In this document: piece after piece, positions 1 to 13,748 of the stretch
Numbering within the stretch: the stretch's first letter is position 1
Layout: the number at the start of each line of letters is the position of its first letter
Source of the DNA: Bugula neritina
Lineage: Eukaryota > Animalia > Bryozoa
Direction: 5' to 3'
NCBI GenBank assembly: GCA_964035545.1
Contig: OZ037768.1
Location: 13,401,675-13,465,674 of the forward strand
DNA: 64,000 nt
Program-made: the position numbers and the translations under genes
The notes under the pieces: generated by a model
What the model saw: the letters and a program-made list of their open reading frames with translations, nothing else
Databases searched by the model: none
Told to the model about the DNA's origin: nothing

Positions 1-119
1 AATATACAGCATCGGGTAATGCACAATTTCAAGTGAAAAGAGCAGAAACAATACTGACAGCTTTATTCTGATAAAACATAGCAACTGTTAACCATGAGCT
101 ACTCAATATGACACATTAC

Positions 120-3100
120 CTGCTGAATCATATAAATGATAGCTGCCGGTGATATCCACTCTCTAGAATGTTGGGTGCCTTCAATGAACACCCTCACTCC
201 AGACTTCCCTGCCAGACCATGAAGCTAAAAAATGTAACATCAATACATTTTCTCTTTTATGAAAATTGCTCTTAGTAGCAACTCATTATTTTGAGTGCTT
301 TTGGTTTAGGCTGAACATTTGCTTTAAGCTGATTATGAAAACTGAGGTGGTCAATTAGTATTATAATAATGACCTAATTTGTAATTTTGATACATAATAA
401 AAATTGTGAAACTAATTACTACAAATTCTTAAAGTAAACAAACTAATAAAGACCAACACTTCAAAATATTTAACTGGTTTATTTATTTATAATACAGAGC
501 TACTGTTGAGAGGTAACGTGGGTCAAGCAGTGCACTACTGAAGAATAATAATATGAAGCTTCATCACAACAACTGGTATAATTACATTTCAGTGATGTTA
601 CAGTGCTCATAGCTACTATACAAATAGCTAACTTATTTTGGGTTACAAATCATTATGAAGCCCATCCTTCTACTCTGGCATATATTGCTTAGCTTAGGGC
701 CACACTGTGCGTATTTTCGCATGCGAAAATTAAAATCACAAGTAGCAAAGGTGTCCACTGTAGCGTCAGTGATGCGTGATAAATAAAGCTTTCATTTTTA
801 AATCGCACTCGCTTTCAATAAAACGCAATTTACTGGAATATAGCACTAAATAAAGAAATTGGGCTCGCTGATTAACTACTAGCCAATTAGGTGACGACGA
901 CAGAGACGATTCGCACTTGCGTTGAAAATGCAGAGCGACAAGTGCGAATGTTTTCTCAACGCGCACAGTGGACACCTTTGCTACTTGTGATTTCAATTTT
1001 CGCATGCGAAAATACGCACCGTGTGGCCCTAGGCTTAGTCTGCATGCATCCCTGCATAGTGAGCAGGAGTTATGCATGAGAACTTTGCACATCCCTTCTG
1101 ATTTTAATCTTTTAAATCAAAAGCCATTCATAAATCAATAGGTTGCAGGGTAGTCCACCTTTGAATGACTTTCTTTAGAATTACAAGAATATAATTTCAA
1201 AGCAATTGCCCAGCCAATAATATTTTTTGTAACAAATACTAAAATGATTAGAGAAAACACAAGCAGTATCTACTGTAGCTGTAGGCTAAGATAGTGTAAT
1301 GTCTTTGATGCTTTTGTAATACCACTACGTAACCAAAATCATATTTCGATAGTTGAGATTACTGGCAGTCAAAACATCTACTTGAAAGTTAAGTATGAAA
1401 GAGGTTGGTGCAATAATAGAGAAATTGAGAAAAGCCTGTATTCTTGATTAGAAATGTAGCAAGAGAAGTTATGTTCCCGCAAGAATTTCAACCCGTCCCA
1501 ATCTAAAATTTAATAATAAAATTAAAGAATTTAGGCTATCTCAATTTCTCCACTACTGCTCCTAAATGGTATGGAAATATCCAACAGATTGGTTAGTGTC
1601 AGCAGTACCTTAATTACTTTGATGTCTCTTCCTTCATAAGATGATCCAATAACTTCAGTCTGACAGAGTTGGGGGTGAGACACAGCGAGTTCGTCTAGAT
1701 ACTCCATTATCTAATGAAAATAAGCATTATAATTCCCTGTAATGCAATAACTGTTTGCATACAAATAGAGAGTTGTTAGCTGACACAAACTGCATTTAGT
1801 TTCTGTACTACAGTCAGTATATTAAATTAATTTTCTTCTTATAGTCATTACTCTGTTTTCAGAATCTTAACCTATAACTATCCCACTCTGCTGCAGCTTT
1901 CTTATAACGATGGCTATATAAGGAACAGAATTTGGTATGTTATTTACACAGAGAAGACCTGTTGGAGGCAAGAAGTTCTTGTGAAAAAAAGCAATTGAAG
2001 CAGCATTTTGGGGGGAAGGGGGGACAAATAGCAAAGTATGATAGACTGTAAATTGTATGCTATAGTATACAATTTACACTTTACAGTTTATCATAGCATA
2101 ATGCAGCTGTGTACACATTTCATAACAGCTTGTTTCATGTTTTTGAATCTCATAACAAGTTCTGTCATCCTATTTTAATTCTCAAAATGTGTCTGATGTG
2201 AGTTTTGTTTATGTAACCAAATATAAATAAGAGACACAAGTCTATGGATGCAGACACCATCATCTGTCCTGACTTGAGTGACATTTGCAGGCCCCTTTTT
2301 TCTAAACTGATTATCTTGCAGCTCTACTGCTAATTTATACAATTATCTAAAATTTCTGTTCTCAGAATTCTGTGTGCAGCTTATAGCTTGTCCAGTTATA
2401 CTATAACTACATAATAAATTCTATCAATTATGACTATAGCATAGTCTCATTAGGCATCGTAGATAGCGTTCTCTACTCACACTGTCGTATGTGTTGTAAG
2501 ATTCCAATCGAAAGTCATGTAAGGACCGTCTCTTTCTTGCCTGGTGAGGCCACCCATCCGTTATTGGTATATCTGGTACCCTTGAAAATCAAATTACATA
2601 CTTATTAAATTATGTCAAAGTGTTGATGATAAGACTGGCAACATTGAGCTTAAACTGGTGAAAAAATAAGTGTGTTAAGAGTATGCAGTTGAAATGGCAT
2701 TGTGTTTTTTTATGGCCGATTAGTTTTCATTGAAATAACATTTTGCTTGCCAAATTTTATTATATGATTAGTAAATATTATTGATCATATTGTCATCCAA
2801 CAGTTTGAATGAGCTAGCTATCAATTAATATTCAAGATTTCTATAAATAGCTTTACAAATAATCTAATTATCAAAATTATCATCAGCTCAACTCAACATT
2901 GAGATTATATCAATAAATGACTACCAAAGTATAATTTAAATCTTTGTAATAGTGTACTTTTTAGCTTGAAAGATTTTCCCTATGAAACAAATGCAATGTC
3001 TACATAATAGGTACTAGCAGTTTACTGTGTGCACATAGCTTATAGGACTTGCATACCAAACCTCTACACTAACTACACAGATTTAGCAACATGATTACAC

Positions 3101-6100
3101 TGTATAACTACATATAACACAATAAATCTTTCAGTACTTCTCAATAAAAACATTTTTAAATATTATTTTATTTGTGACTAAAATGACACATTGTGATTAT
3201 TGAGGTAGTAGACAAAATGTTATACATACTTTTATTGTAAACTTAGTTGCAATGTTTTCTCTGTCAACTAAAAGGTGTTTGCTGAAAGCTTTATCAAAAT
3301 AACTGACACAAAAACCACAGCAGCTTTTAGTGCAGTTCTCAGACAAGCTGTAAGTTCTTCCAGTTTAAACATAATATAGCATGAGCTATTTAAGCATTTG
3401 TCTTTCTGTTTAATAACATAATTATAAACAATTGCTAGATATTCAAGTGATTTAAGTTTAACATAACTATTTACGTGGCAGAGTTTTTAGGTTTTATGTT
3501 ATTAAACTCTGATCAGGAGTTTTTCTTGTTTGTCGGTATATACCTCAACTATATCAGCAATTTTCATCCAGTAAAGTATTTTTGAAGAGTTAAATAAGGT
3601 TTACCAACCAACTGCACTGCCTATATATATAATAAATGTGTGTGTGTATGTATATGTATATATGTATATATATATATATATGTATGTATATATATATATA
3701 TGTATATGTATATATGTATATATGTATATATATATGTATATATATACATATATATATACATATATGTATATGTATATATATGTAGGACCATGGTTTATTA
3801 GTAGAAAGGCGCCAAAGTTTCACTAACAAAAATAACTTCTATTATATTTTACAACTGTTTATTTGATTCTATTGTTACTGTGCTACTGAGCCCCTTACAT
3901 TATTGTTTTTAGATGCTAAACTAATAAGTAGCTTTCTTTTAGATTATAGTTTAGTATAAAATACAATACAGATTAGTTACAGATTGGCATATTAATTCAA
4001 AACAATCAAACACCAAATCAATTTAAGATGACTTTGCAATTTAGTTGATAACTAGTGAAACAAAAGATATGCAGAAGGACTGATCTTATCTTAGTTTTAA
4101 AGCCGCAGTGTGTATGTTTAGCATTGAACACATAGAAATGAATACAGAAAACATTAGCTGTAGATAGTACGGTTGGTAAGATATCATTGTATTGCTGGAA
4201 TATAGTTTTGACTAATTGTATCTAAATTTTATTTTGTTAACAAAATTTTGTTTCACTTGTGTTCAGCAGAAACTTTAAATAATAAAAAATAACTTCTATT
4301 TTATTAACATTTACAGGAAGATTGACTTTTGCAAAAAAAACAATTCTTATGCTTTATGAAACTAAAGGCCTTCATATTACTTGGAGCAGAATTATGGTCA
4401 TTTTTTTAGTTTAATTGAGTATTGCAGTAGAATGTGTCACAAAATTGATAAAAATTGACAACTGAATGTTGCTACTGTTAGTTATTATTATATACATATA
4501 GCACTTTTATTGTTATAGGAAACAGTTTACTAGTCAATCATACACATAAAGTCATATGCTGCCTAAGATGTAAATGATTTAGTTGAATTTTGGGCTATGA
4601 AAAAATTTCATGATCCTCATTATTACACATTTAGCAAAATATTCTCCCAGGATGTATAATAAAATACACTATTAAAATAATGATAGATATCTAGAAGCTC
4701 AAGTATTGGAAAGCTTGTCACATAGATTAATTCTATCAGTAATTAATAGAACAAACGTACCTGGTTATCGTGATGTTATTTAGACTGGAAGAATACTGTT
4801 GAATAACATCAAGTGTCTTGTCCATTATGCTATCCTTGACTACTAGAGCTACTGTAAGGTTTTTCAACACACTTAGTATGTGAATCTATAAAAATTCAAA
4901 CAATATAATGTTTAAAAGAAAAATTATTTATTTAGTCTTGTATTAATAAAATGAGAATGCTACAAAAGAAAGTAACAAAAACACAAAATGAGATTCTTTG
5001 GAGACAGCAGGTATTGTGTGTACCTATAAACAGGTAAACGGATTAGGGAGAGTAGCATAGGGACCTAAAGAATAAGGAGGAGATAAAATATTACTAGAAG
5101 GAATAGAATATATTTTATATTTCAATGAAAATATATTGGAGCTTGTGCCAATATTCTACAAGTGAAGGAGTTCGTATGTCTATTCACTAGTGAGTACAGC
5201 TACGGCAGAAGGGGAGACAAATAGTGAGAGTAATGGAAGAAGAAAGGTATTAGAAAAGAATGCCTCAAATCTTATATGATAAGGAGGCAATAGCATGGGT
5301 GAAAAGAAAGATACACTGTCGCATGCATAGACCAAGGAAATAAGCTTGTGGTAAAAGGAAATGAAATGAGCAGATGAACATTTGATTATACAATATACAA
5401 TAAAACCAGTACTAAAAGGGTCAGTTAGAGATACAGTGAATTAGGACAGAAATACTGTGAAAAACAGAAAAGAACAGCAGTTATCAACAACCGGTGTACA
5501 CAACAGACCTTGAAAAGAGGGCAACCAGAAAGAGGGTGGACAACATGCATAGGGATATGAACAGTATTATGCTGACAGCTAGTGGGAACCTCACAGCTAA
5601 TGGAAGATGTAAAAGAGACCACTTGAAAGATTCCAAAGGTAAAGAGTTCAAAAGTTGCAAGTGACTAAAGGATTTGGAACTGTATTCTGAAGAGTGGAAT
5701 ATCTACGATAAGACTGTGCAGATAATGGGATGCCATTCAACATAACAAATAATATAATAGCATGCTGAGATAGAGATTGACTTTTTGCCCTTTTAGATAA
5801 GCTACACTACACAATGCTGCACAGTGAAATACAGAATAATATAATCAGTAGCAGCTATTATGCTGATTTATCCATATAAGTAGGTATGCAGTGTATGGAA
5901 ACATATGTATGTAGGTATGTGAAAACAATCAAGTTTACTAGTTGGCAGAAATTTCACTAAAAAACAAAACTAAATAATATAACATAACCTCTTCGGTGTC
6001 ATGTCTCATATTTGGTTGCTGAGTTATGTTTCTCAGCAAGTCCTTCTGGGCATAGATTGAGGGTAGATTAACTGATACGACATTCATATCTGACACATCT

Positions 6101-6664
6101 TTTCTAGAAAGTAACATTGAAAAATATGCATACACCATTTCATTCTCTAGAAACTGAATATTACAGAGAAAGCTATGCAATCTATTCACAGTTGAGGTCT
6201 GAGCAACAATCTTGTAATGCTAAATCAACATGTTTTATGAATAGCTGCATTTGATAAGCAAACAATTTAAAACCCTATTACTTGAAATAAAAAGAATGTT
6301 AACAAGTCCAGTGTAATATGATGTAGACGTGATTTTGAATGAGACAATAAGGACAAATTACTGTAAGTTGTTCAAGCAATGTATGAAAGTGTAAAACCCA
6401 CAAAGCTATAGCCTCTCTCATATTTACTACATCAGCTGTTTAGCCTTATGCAGTAATTGCTATAATTAAAAACTTCAATTTAACTGAGCTCTAGGCATAT
6501 AATTTGATGTAACTTTGCTATACTGAAATTTAACCAACATTGCAAAACATTCAATAAGAAAGTAATTTGCTTACATACCTTTGAACATCTTCATATGCTG
6601 TACTGGTATAAAGAATGCCAGATAGATAAAATAATAATTTAAGCACCTGAGCATAAACTTCCAT
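120..6664 (-). CDS. Secreted zinc carboxypeptidase, M14A (carboxypeptidase A/B-like), 5' portion; continues off the left edge
   Basis: Phase-consistent GT-AG exons 6664-6579 ([28 protein letters not shown], signal-peptide-like), 6103-5989, 4885-4761, 2580-2481 (..[20 protein letters not shown]), 1710-1609 ([34 protein letters not shown]), 224-120 ([18 protein letters not shown] = HxxE zinc motif, cf. GIHAREWISPA). Confidence 0.88.
697..1029. mobile_element. MITE, about 333 bp, with about 70-bp terminal inverted repeats (GGGCCACAC...GTGTGGCCC)
   Basis: 697-765 GGGCCACACTGTGCGTATTTTCGCATGCGAAAATTAAAATCACAAGTAGCAAAGGTGTCCACTGT is the near-perfect reverse complement of about 963-1029; flanked by TA on both sides; no transposase ORF. 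Confidence 0.88.
1402..1564 (+). mobile_element. Dispersed ~160-bp MITE-like repeat family, copy 1
   Basis: Imperfect TIRs (GGTGCAATAATAGAGAAATTGAGA ... TCTCAATTTCTCCACTACTGCTCC); core GATTAGAAATGTAGCAA.AGAAGTTATGT recurs at about 24219, 41174 and inverted at 55919. Confidence 0.75.
3621..3782. repeat. (TA)n/(TG)n compound microsatellite
   Basis: Directly visible; explains spurious ORFs 3590-3829 and 3638-3826. Confidence 0.95.
5030..5620 (+). mobile_element. Probable decayed RTE-clade non-LTR retrotransposon fragment
   Basis: Purine-rich tract; about 5146-5195 translates [16 protein letters not shown] (cf. RTE reverse-transcriptase C-terminal LPQVEEFKYLGVLFTSE); about 5505-5560 gives RP*K.GQPERGW (cf. 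RGRP..W); many stops. Confidence 0.4.
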
Positions 6665-8591
6665 TTCTAAAAAAATGTTAGGGTGAAGCTGCTGTTAACC
6701 CTTAGAAAAGTTTAATATATAACAACATTAACTAGACGCTATTCTTAAGGAAAAATAAGTTCACATTTTCAGCATCTTACTACTTTTTTCTTAAAGATAA
6801 TATAGTCTTTGTTCTGATGTAAGTGCCACAGTGACTAGTAGTCACCTCAATCATAGCGTAATTCAGATATCAAACAAGTGCAGTATTATCATTGCCATTT
6901 ATGAAGTCCACATGCTTTAGTGCAGCATTGTTTTAGGCTCCTCCCACAATGAAAAAAAGGCCGCGCAGCTTACTATAGTATAAGACAACTTGCACCGCCT
7001 CCAAGATAGAAAGCAGAAGAGCATGCAGGCCATTAATTTTTATAATGTTATTAGGGCAAGTAGTTGGGCAACTAGATACTCGGAATATAACACGTTCAGT
7101 CTATGGTCTACACTTTGCTAGAAAAATGAGTTAATATTGATCAATGCTTATAATAGATGCTCGTACAGGAATTGGCCTATTTCCAGAAAACACTCGTATA
7201 GCTTTTATGAAGGCTATGCTTCGGATCAAATGGAACATGAGGAGTAACATACATAAATGCTTATATTAAATATCTTGTGATTATCATAATTTCTGATTTC
7301 ATAAAACAATCTTACTAGTATACACTTGCAATTTATGTAAGAAAAAATAATGGCAAGAATTGAAACATTATATACTCCTAGCTTTCAGTGAATCAAAATA
7401 CCTTACATCTAAATTTGGTTTTATGAATGCATATGATTTTAGTCTCAATATCATAGGCTCTAGTTGAAAATGAAGAAATCTTTCAATTCATAGCGTTTCT
7501 TTTTTGTAGTAAAATAGGTCAACCAACATTATTATAGAAGACATAGAATGTGCACAACAGCTTCGTAACTAAAGACATAATGGAGAAAGTGAACACAAGA
7601 AAATACACCAAAAACGAAGTGTAATGATAAAAATATGCACTCTCATGGAAAGAACTTTAGAATTTTAGATTTATCATTGTGGACATAGTACTCCAGCCTA
7701 AACTATGCAAACTTTGCACATCTTTTCTTTTTGTATTATAGTAATCGTAGGGTTGAAAAATTATCAGTCGAATGAAACAGAAGAGAATAACTCCCACCAA
7801 AAAGGAGTAATCCAGTTGTAAGGTATTGTGCAGAAAGTTGGTTATACAATATTATATTGTGTTATATAGCATTTATTGTTAATATGAAGAAGTAATTGCC
7901 TAATGCTGTATAACCTCTCAGGACCTAGGCTATTTCTGAAAATGAGACTATTTACCGGTAATTAGGTGTATAAACAAATTAAATTACAAATTAACATTAA
8001 TTAAAACAATCTTATGAACTTTTGCAATTACACCCAGAAAAATATGTAATATAGCGCATGTAGCTGAACCATTTATTTATTTTATATAAAGCTGATATTT
8101 ATATTCTGCACAAGCGAATAAATAACTGTAACTTGCAACAAAACTAAATAACTTAAATTATAAGAGTTCCAACATAACATTAACAAAAATATATTGCCAC
8201 TATGTAAACCAACAAGCATAATTCATTAAACTATGCCTTAAACACTAAAATATATAGTATAATGCAAATTTTTGTTATTTAATTCATTCAACGAAATACA
8301 CTCAAGTTTAGTTACCAGCAAGGCAAGAGTATGAAAAAATAGATGTTTAAGTAAAGATGTAGGAGTGACTATTAGCCATACAAGAGCTATAATACTTCCA
8401 GCACAGCATACTATATATAAATCATGTCACTAAAACAGTGTATCAATGAGAGTATATCAGGTAATGCTTTTATAAAATATAATAAAGTTGTAGAGATCCA
8501 AGCACATTGGTCAACATTACTCTGCACCGGCCAATTAGCAGTAGGTTTCTAGTGCTCACCTAATAACCAATTTATTAGTGTGCTAAAAAGT

Positions 8592-11500
8592 TCAACTGAT
8601 TTCCTCCACATAAGTTTCGGGTATCAACCCAGTGCAGCCTCTAATTTCTGCTTTCCACCACCCATCATCATGCTTCTCTAAGATATTCACTTCATTGCCT
8701 ACAGTAAACAATATTTTAAAAGCATTCCGAAAGAAAATAGGGGGCATCTCAATGCTGATGTCTACCAAACTCTATATTTTAGTTATTGTTTCGTCTGAAA
8801 GCAAATATGATTGAGTAATTGTAGAATTTGCTGGAGCTATTTTGGCTGCAATATTTCCTAGTTATCATAATAAAAAAAGTTGAAGATTTAGTTGAATACA
8901 CAGCATCCAAAATAATTTGGAGTTGTCAAACCTTTTAATCAAGCAGCAATTGCTGACAATAGCAGTGTGCAACCAGACAAGGGCTGCTAATAGCTTGGTA
9001 AGTCCTATTAACTATAGATAAGATGTTTGACCAACGGTTTTAAGTTCAGAAGCTGCAGTGTTCAGCTGGTAAGACAACTCCTAAGATAGTATTGATAAAT
9101 ATTTGTGGTATAAACAAGTCAACTGTTGGGCACAAGATCTTTGCTTATCTCACTGTGCATATTATCTGATGCAGCAAATCTTTGTGACAGAAGTACCAAA
9201 AATGATTCCTTATTGAAATTTATTTGTTACAATGTCTAGCATTGCAATCAGATAGTTAAGAGTCCTAAAAATTATTAAAACAGTGAACAGCTTGGGAGGA
9301 AACTTGCAACTGGTTCATTATGAGAAATACTAACCTTCCTTGACTGTGAGCTCAGTAGACTGTGTCCCACTGAAGTCATACAACACCCTACATCTACAGA
9401 TTACGGGCTGATGGTTGCTCAGATCAGGGCTATCGCCGTAACCATGGCGAGGAGGAATGTCATAATTATCTTCAAACTCATCATCCACGTCGTTATCAGA
9501 GTAATAGTCATCATGCTCTATACTCTCATAAGGAGCTGCAGATGCACAAAATCATTAAAGTCAAACTTACAACAAAACTATACAAAAAGGGAAACATATT
9601 CTAGAACGGAGAACTACTTATAGCTATGATATACATTTAAACATCTGTAAGAATTATCCAATCAAATCAACTGATACATACTTCCATCAGTAGGTGAGTC
9701 ATGGCTGCCGTCTGCTCTCCCTCTAGAAGAGAAGTCTGCTGCATTAAATCCTTCTGCTATGAGATGGGTGGGCACTCTGAGCACAGTTGTTGGCAGCCCC
9801 TAAGATATAGAACAAGTTAGTAATATCAAACAGAGTACTAGCTATGTATAGTACTAGATAGTAATACACTACAGAGTACTAGCTATGTATAGTACTAGTT
9901 AGTAATCTCACAGGAAGAACTAAACAATTCATAGCAATACTGTAGATGAACTTTATGAATGCTGCGGTAACTGCAAATTATGAGTTCAGTTGTGCAAGTT
10001 TGTTGAAAGATAATTTAAGTTGTTTATTTCTTGTTTTTCCTCCTAAGACATGCAGTACACACGTATGCTAGCAAATGTTAGTTTCAGAAAGGTCATTACT
10101 ATAATTTATGTTGAACAAATAGCCAGTTACACCCTAATGTACATGCTCACAGTAACTAGAATTAGAACATGCTATGCATCATGAGCTGTGTGTAAGGCAA
10201 CACACTACATGCTTCAGAGCTGGTAACGAGAGTAAATATTGAGTATTAGGAGACTGTGAAAATGCTATGCTGCTGTATCATAATATTATTTATAGCTTTA
10301 AGCTAATGCCAAATCCACAGGATGTAGATATTGGCAGCAAACAGTAGTTGGCGAATAACGAGTAATATTTTTATTAGAGGCACAGCGGCATCCCGAGGAT
10401 GTACTGCTTCAACACTGCTTCATATACCACCTGCGCGTATTGTTTAATATCAGAGGATGACCTACAGGAAAGAGGTTTTTTCACAACTACCTTAGACTAT
10501 TTACAGTAGTAGCTCAATAAAGTGACTTTGTAATGCACTCAATAACAAAGTTATAACTCTATCCAGTATTATTTAAACCTAATGACTGTGCCATACTTAA
10601 GTCAGAAACTATCAGCAAAATATTGCAATTTTGAATAATTTTTTTAGCAGACACTTTTTATAGCTAATATGTTTTGAATGGGTATATTATAATGTTGTAC
10701 TGTTGCAGGTTTATTGACTTCTGTTCCATTTTGATGTATAGCAGACCTCTGGCAAGTAAAGGCTCACAATTATATAGTCTAGTCATTGCCTTACAAGGCA
10801 ATACTTATATTTAATATTAATCAGACAACTCCTAACCTTTGCACAGTGGTTGATTAAAAAAGCTTACACATACTTTCTATGACATATATCTTGTTAGAGA
10901 CTTACATATGCACTTATAATGTTACTTATATGCTTCCTATACTTACAGTCTTATCGATTGACGTTTCCATATACGTTGAGAATTTATATTGCAGATTTTC
11001 TTGACTACCACTGGTTTGATTTAAAGTTTTTGATAACTTATAGTGACTAGCATCTAAGAAGTTGAGCATTGCATGTACCTATAAAAGGTTGGATGGACAT
11101 TTAATGACACAATATAAATATATCTGAGGAAACATTGCCTTGAAATAATACTGTGCAGCAAAAAATAAAGTCTTCTGCTACCAACACCATGTTGCATCAT
11201 AAGAATTCATGCTTTGTACAATGTGACCAAACAGGAATATAGAATGCCCTGAAAAAGAGTAACTAAAACACGGTTAATGCTTCTACAAAACACTAGTGAA
11301 CTCTTGCATATTTAAATGCCAAGAAGATTTATTAAATCGAAAGACCTCCTATTATACGAAAAAGTACAAGTGCACCACCTACAGTCGTTTAATGTTAGAC
11401 GAAACAACCGAATTCGATACCAAAATTAAATAACTAATAATTAAAGATTTTTGGCATGTCTTAAAAAATAGATCAAGCTTCACCAGCCCAGCCTACCTGA

Positions 11501-13666
11501 CGAGCTTGCCGTTTTGTTTCCTCTACGGCTTCATAGTCTGCGTAGTCAGGTTGATTCTTATAAATATCCATCAGTTTCTGTACTCCGTCCACGCCTTTCC
11601 TTTCTATCTCAATATCCTGAGCTAGGTAGTAAATAAACAGAGTAAGAGCTTGCCTTCTCCTTTCCTTGTCCATCTCGTGATTCATATCTTCAGCCTATTA
11701 CAACAAAGGTTACAAAATACTTTCATGTGGCGGCACAGTATCAATTTTATAAACAAAGAACAAATATAAACATTCAATTATTCAGAGTAAAAAATTTGTC
11801 ATTAAAACAGTATAAATATTCTGCAAGTTTTAAGCAACAATTACATAATCAAGATACCATTTCTGGTGTACATCATGCATTGTAAAACACAGAATGACTT
11901 ACATAGATCTCAAACAGTATCTGCTCAGGCTGGGCAATAGCCTTGTTTCTACTGTCCACTATCTTTCTTAAATCCTTTTCAAAGTCAATACATACTGCAG
12001 CATCTCCAAGCCTTTGACACGTCTGAAATTAATTTGACCTGCTTATAACTTCACACACGTAATAAAAGTTAAAATCAATAGAAGCTGATTGAAATACAAA
12101 CAAACTTCAAAACAAAAAGGAATGTGAGGTCAATTAGCAGTAAAAACATGAATTACACGCCATAGAAAATATTTCAAGCAACTGTTAGCAGTTTATATTG
12201 TCAGCAAGACCGAGTATATTATGTGTTGGGGAGAGAGTATACTAACTGTACAGTAAAACCAAGCAAAGCTTTTCAGTAAGAAAGGGTTTCAGTTTAAAGT
12301 GTGTATGTGTCAGTTCCAGGTAGATACTTCACATACATTAGATGTGCATTACTTACTTTGCTTACATTAGACATACAGTACTTACATTAGACATACAGTA
12401 CTTACATTAGACATACACTACTTACATTAGACATGCACTACTTACATTAGACATACACTACTTACATTAGACATACACTACTTACATTAGACATACACTA
12501 CTTACATTAGACATACACTACTTATATTAGACATACAGTACTTACATTAGACATACACTACATACATTAGACATACACTACATACATTAGACATACACTA
12601 CATACATTGGACATACACTACTTACATTAGACATGCACTACTTACATTAGACATACACTACTTACATTAGACATACACTACTTACATTAGACATACACTA
12701 CTTACATTAGACATACACTACTTACATTAGACACACACTACATACATTAGATATACACTACTTACATTAGATATACACTACTTACATTAGACATACACTA
12801 CATACATTAGACATACACTACTTACATTGGACATACACTACTTACATTAGACATACACTACTTACATTAGACATACAGTACTTACATTAGACATACACTA
12901 CTTACATTAGACATACACTACTTACATTAGATATACACTACTTACATTAGACATACACTACTTACATTAGACATACACTACTTACATTAGACATACACTA
13001 CTTACATTAGATATACACTACTTACATTAGACATACACTACTTACATTAGACATTTGTGGAGCAACACTTTCCAGAGTCTGTCTGTACATAGTCAAACAC
13101 CTGTGTAACTCCCGTAGCCTTTCCTCCTCTAGCTGCTGAAGTTGTGACATGCTCTGAAACACAGAGGTTAGTGGATATCACAATTTTATTAGTAGAACCC
13201 AGACTATAAGCTACAGTAATGTAATAAATAATCCGGTAGTGAAGTCGGCTGTACTAGTGGTAGCTGGGATTTCAAATACTAGAGTTGTGCTCTCGCTGGT
13301 AATACTGATGTATAAACAACACCGAAGAGAATTTTATAACATGTAAACATCTACAGGTTAGAGAATATCTCCATCACTTGATTAAAATATGAATTCCCAG
13401 TAAATCTCCAGTAAAATTTTTATAAAACATTTATGCATCAGGGAGGTGGTGCGAACTTCTCCCATGCCACACACCTTGATTGACGTGCATTCCCATTCCT
13501 GCCTCGATCGTTCTGATCCGAGAGAAGATGAGTAATATTTCCTGCCACTCTTTCTTATGGATTCCTTAAGGGCTGCCAACTTTTTGTCTAGCTGCAAGTA
13601 TAACTCACATTATATTTATATGCATATGAATACTATATTATTTATGTATATGTACATATTATAAGT

Positions 13667-13748
<82 letters not shown>

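Noticed and set aside
766-1092. ORFs as a transposase
   Set aside because: Short, overlap the MITE TIRs, no DDE or HTH motif recognisable.
3590-3829. Tyr/Ile/His ORFs
   Set aside because: Dinucleotide microsatellite translation (same for 13616-13927).
12361-13054. CRISPR-like array
   Set aside because: Head-to-tail 20-bp units with no unique spacers, in a eukaryotic intron, no cas genes.
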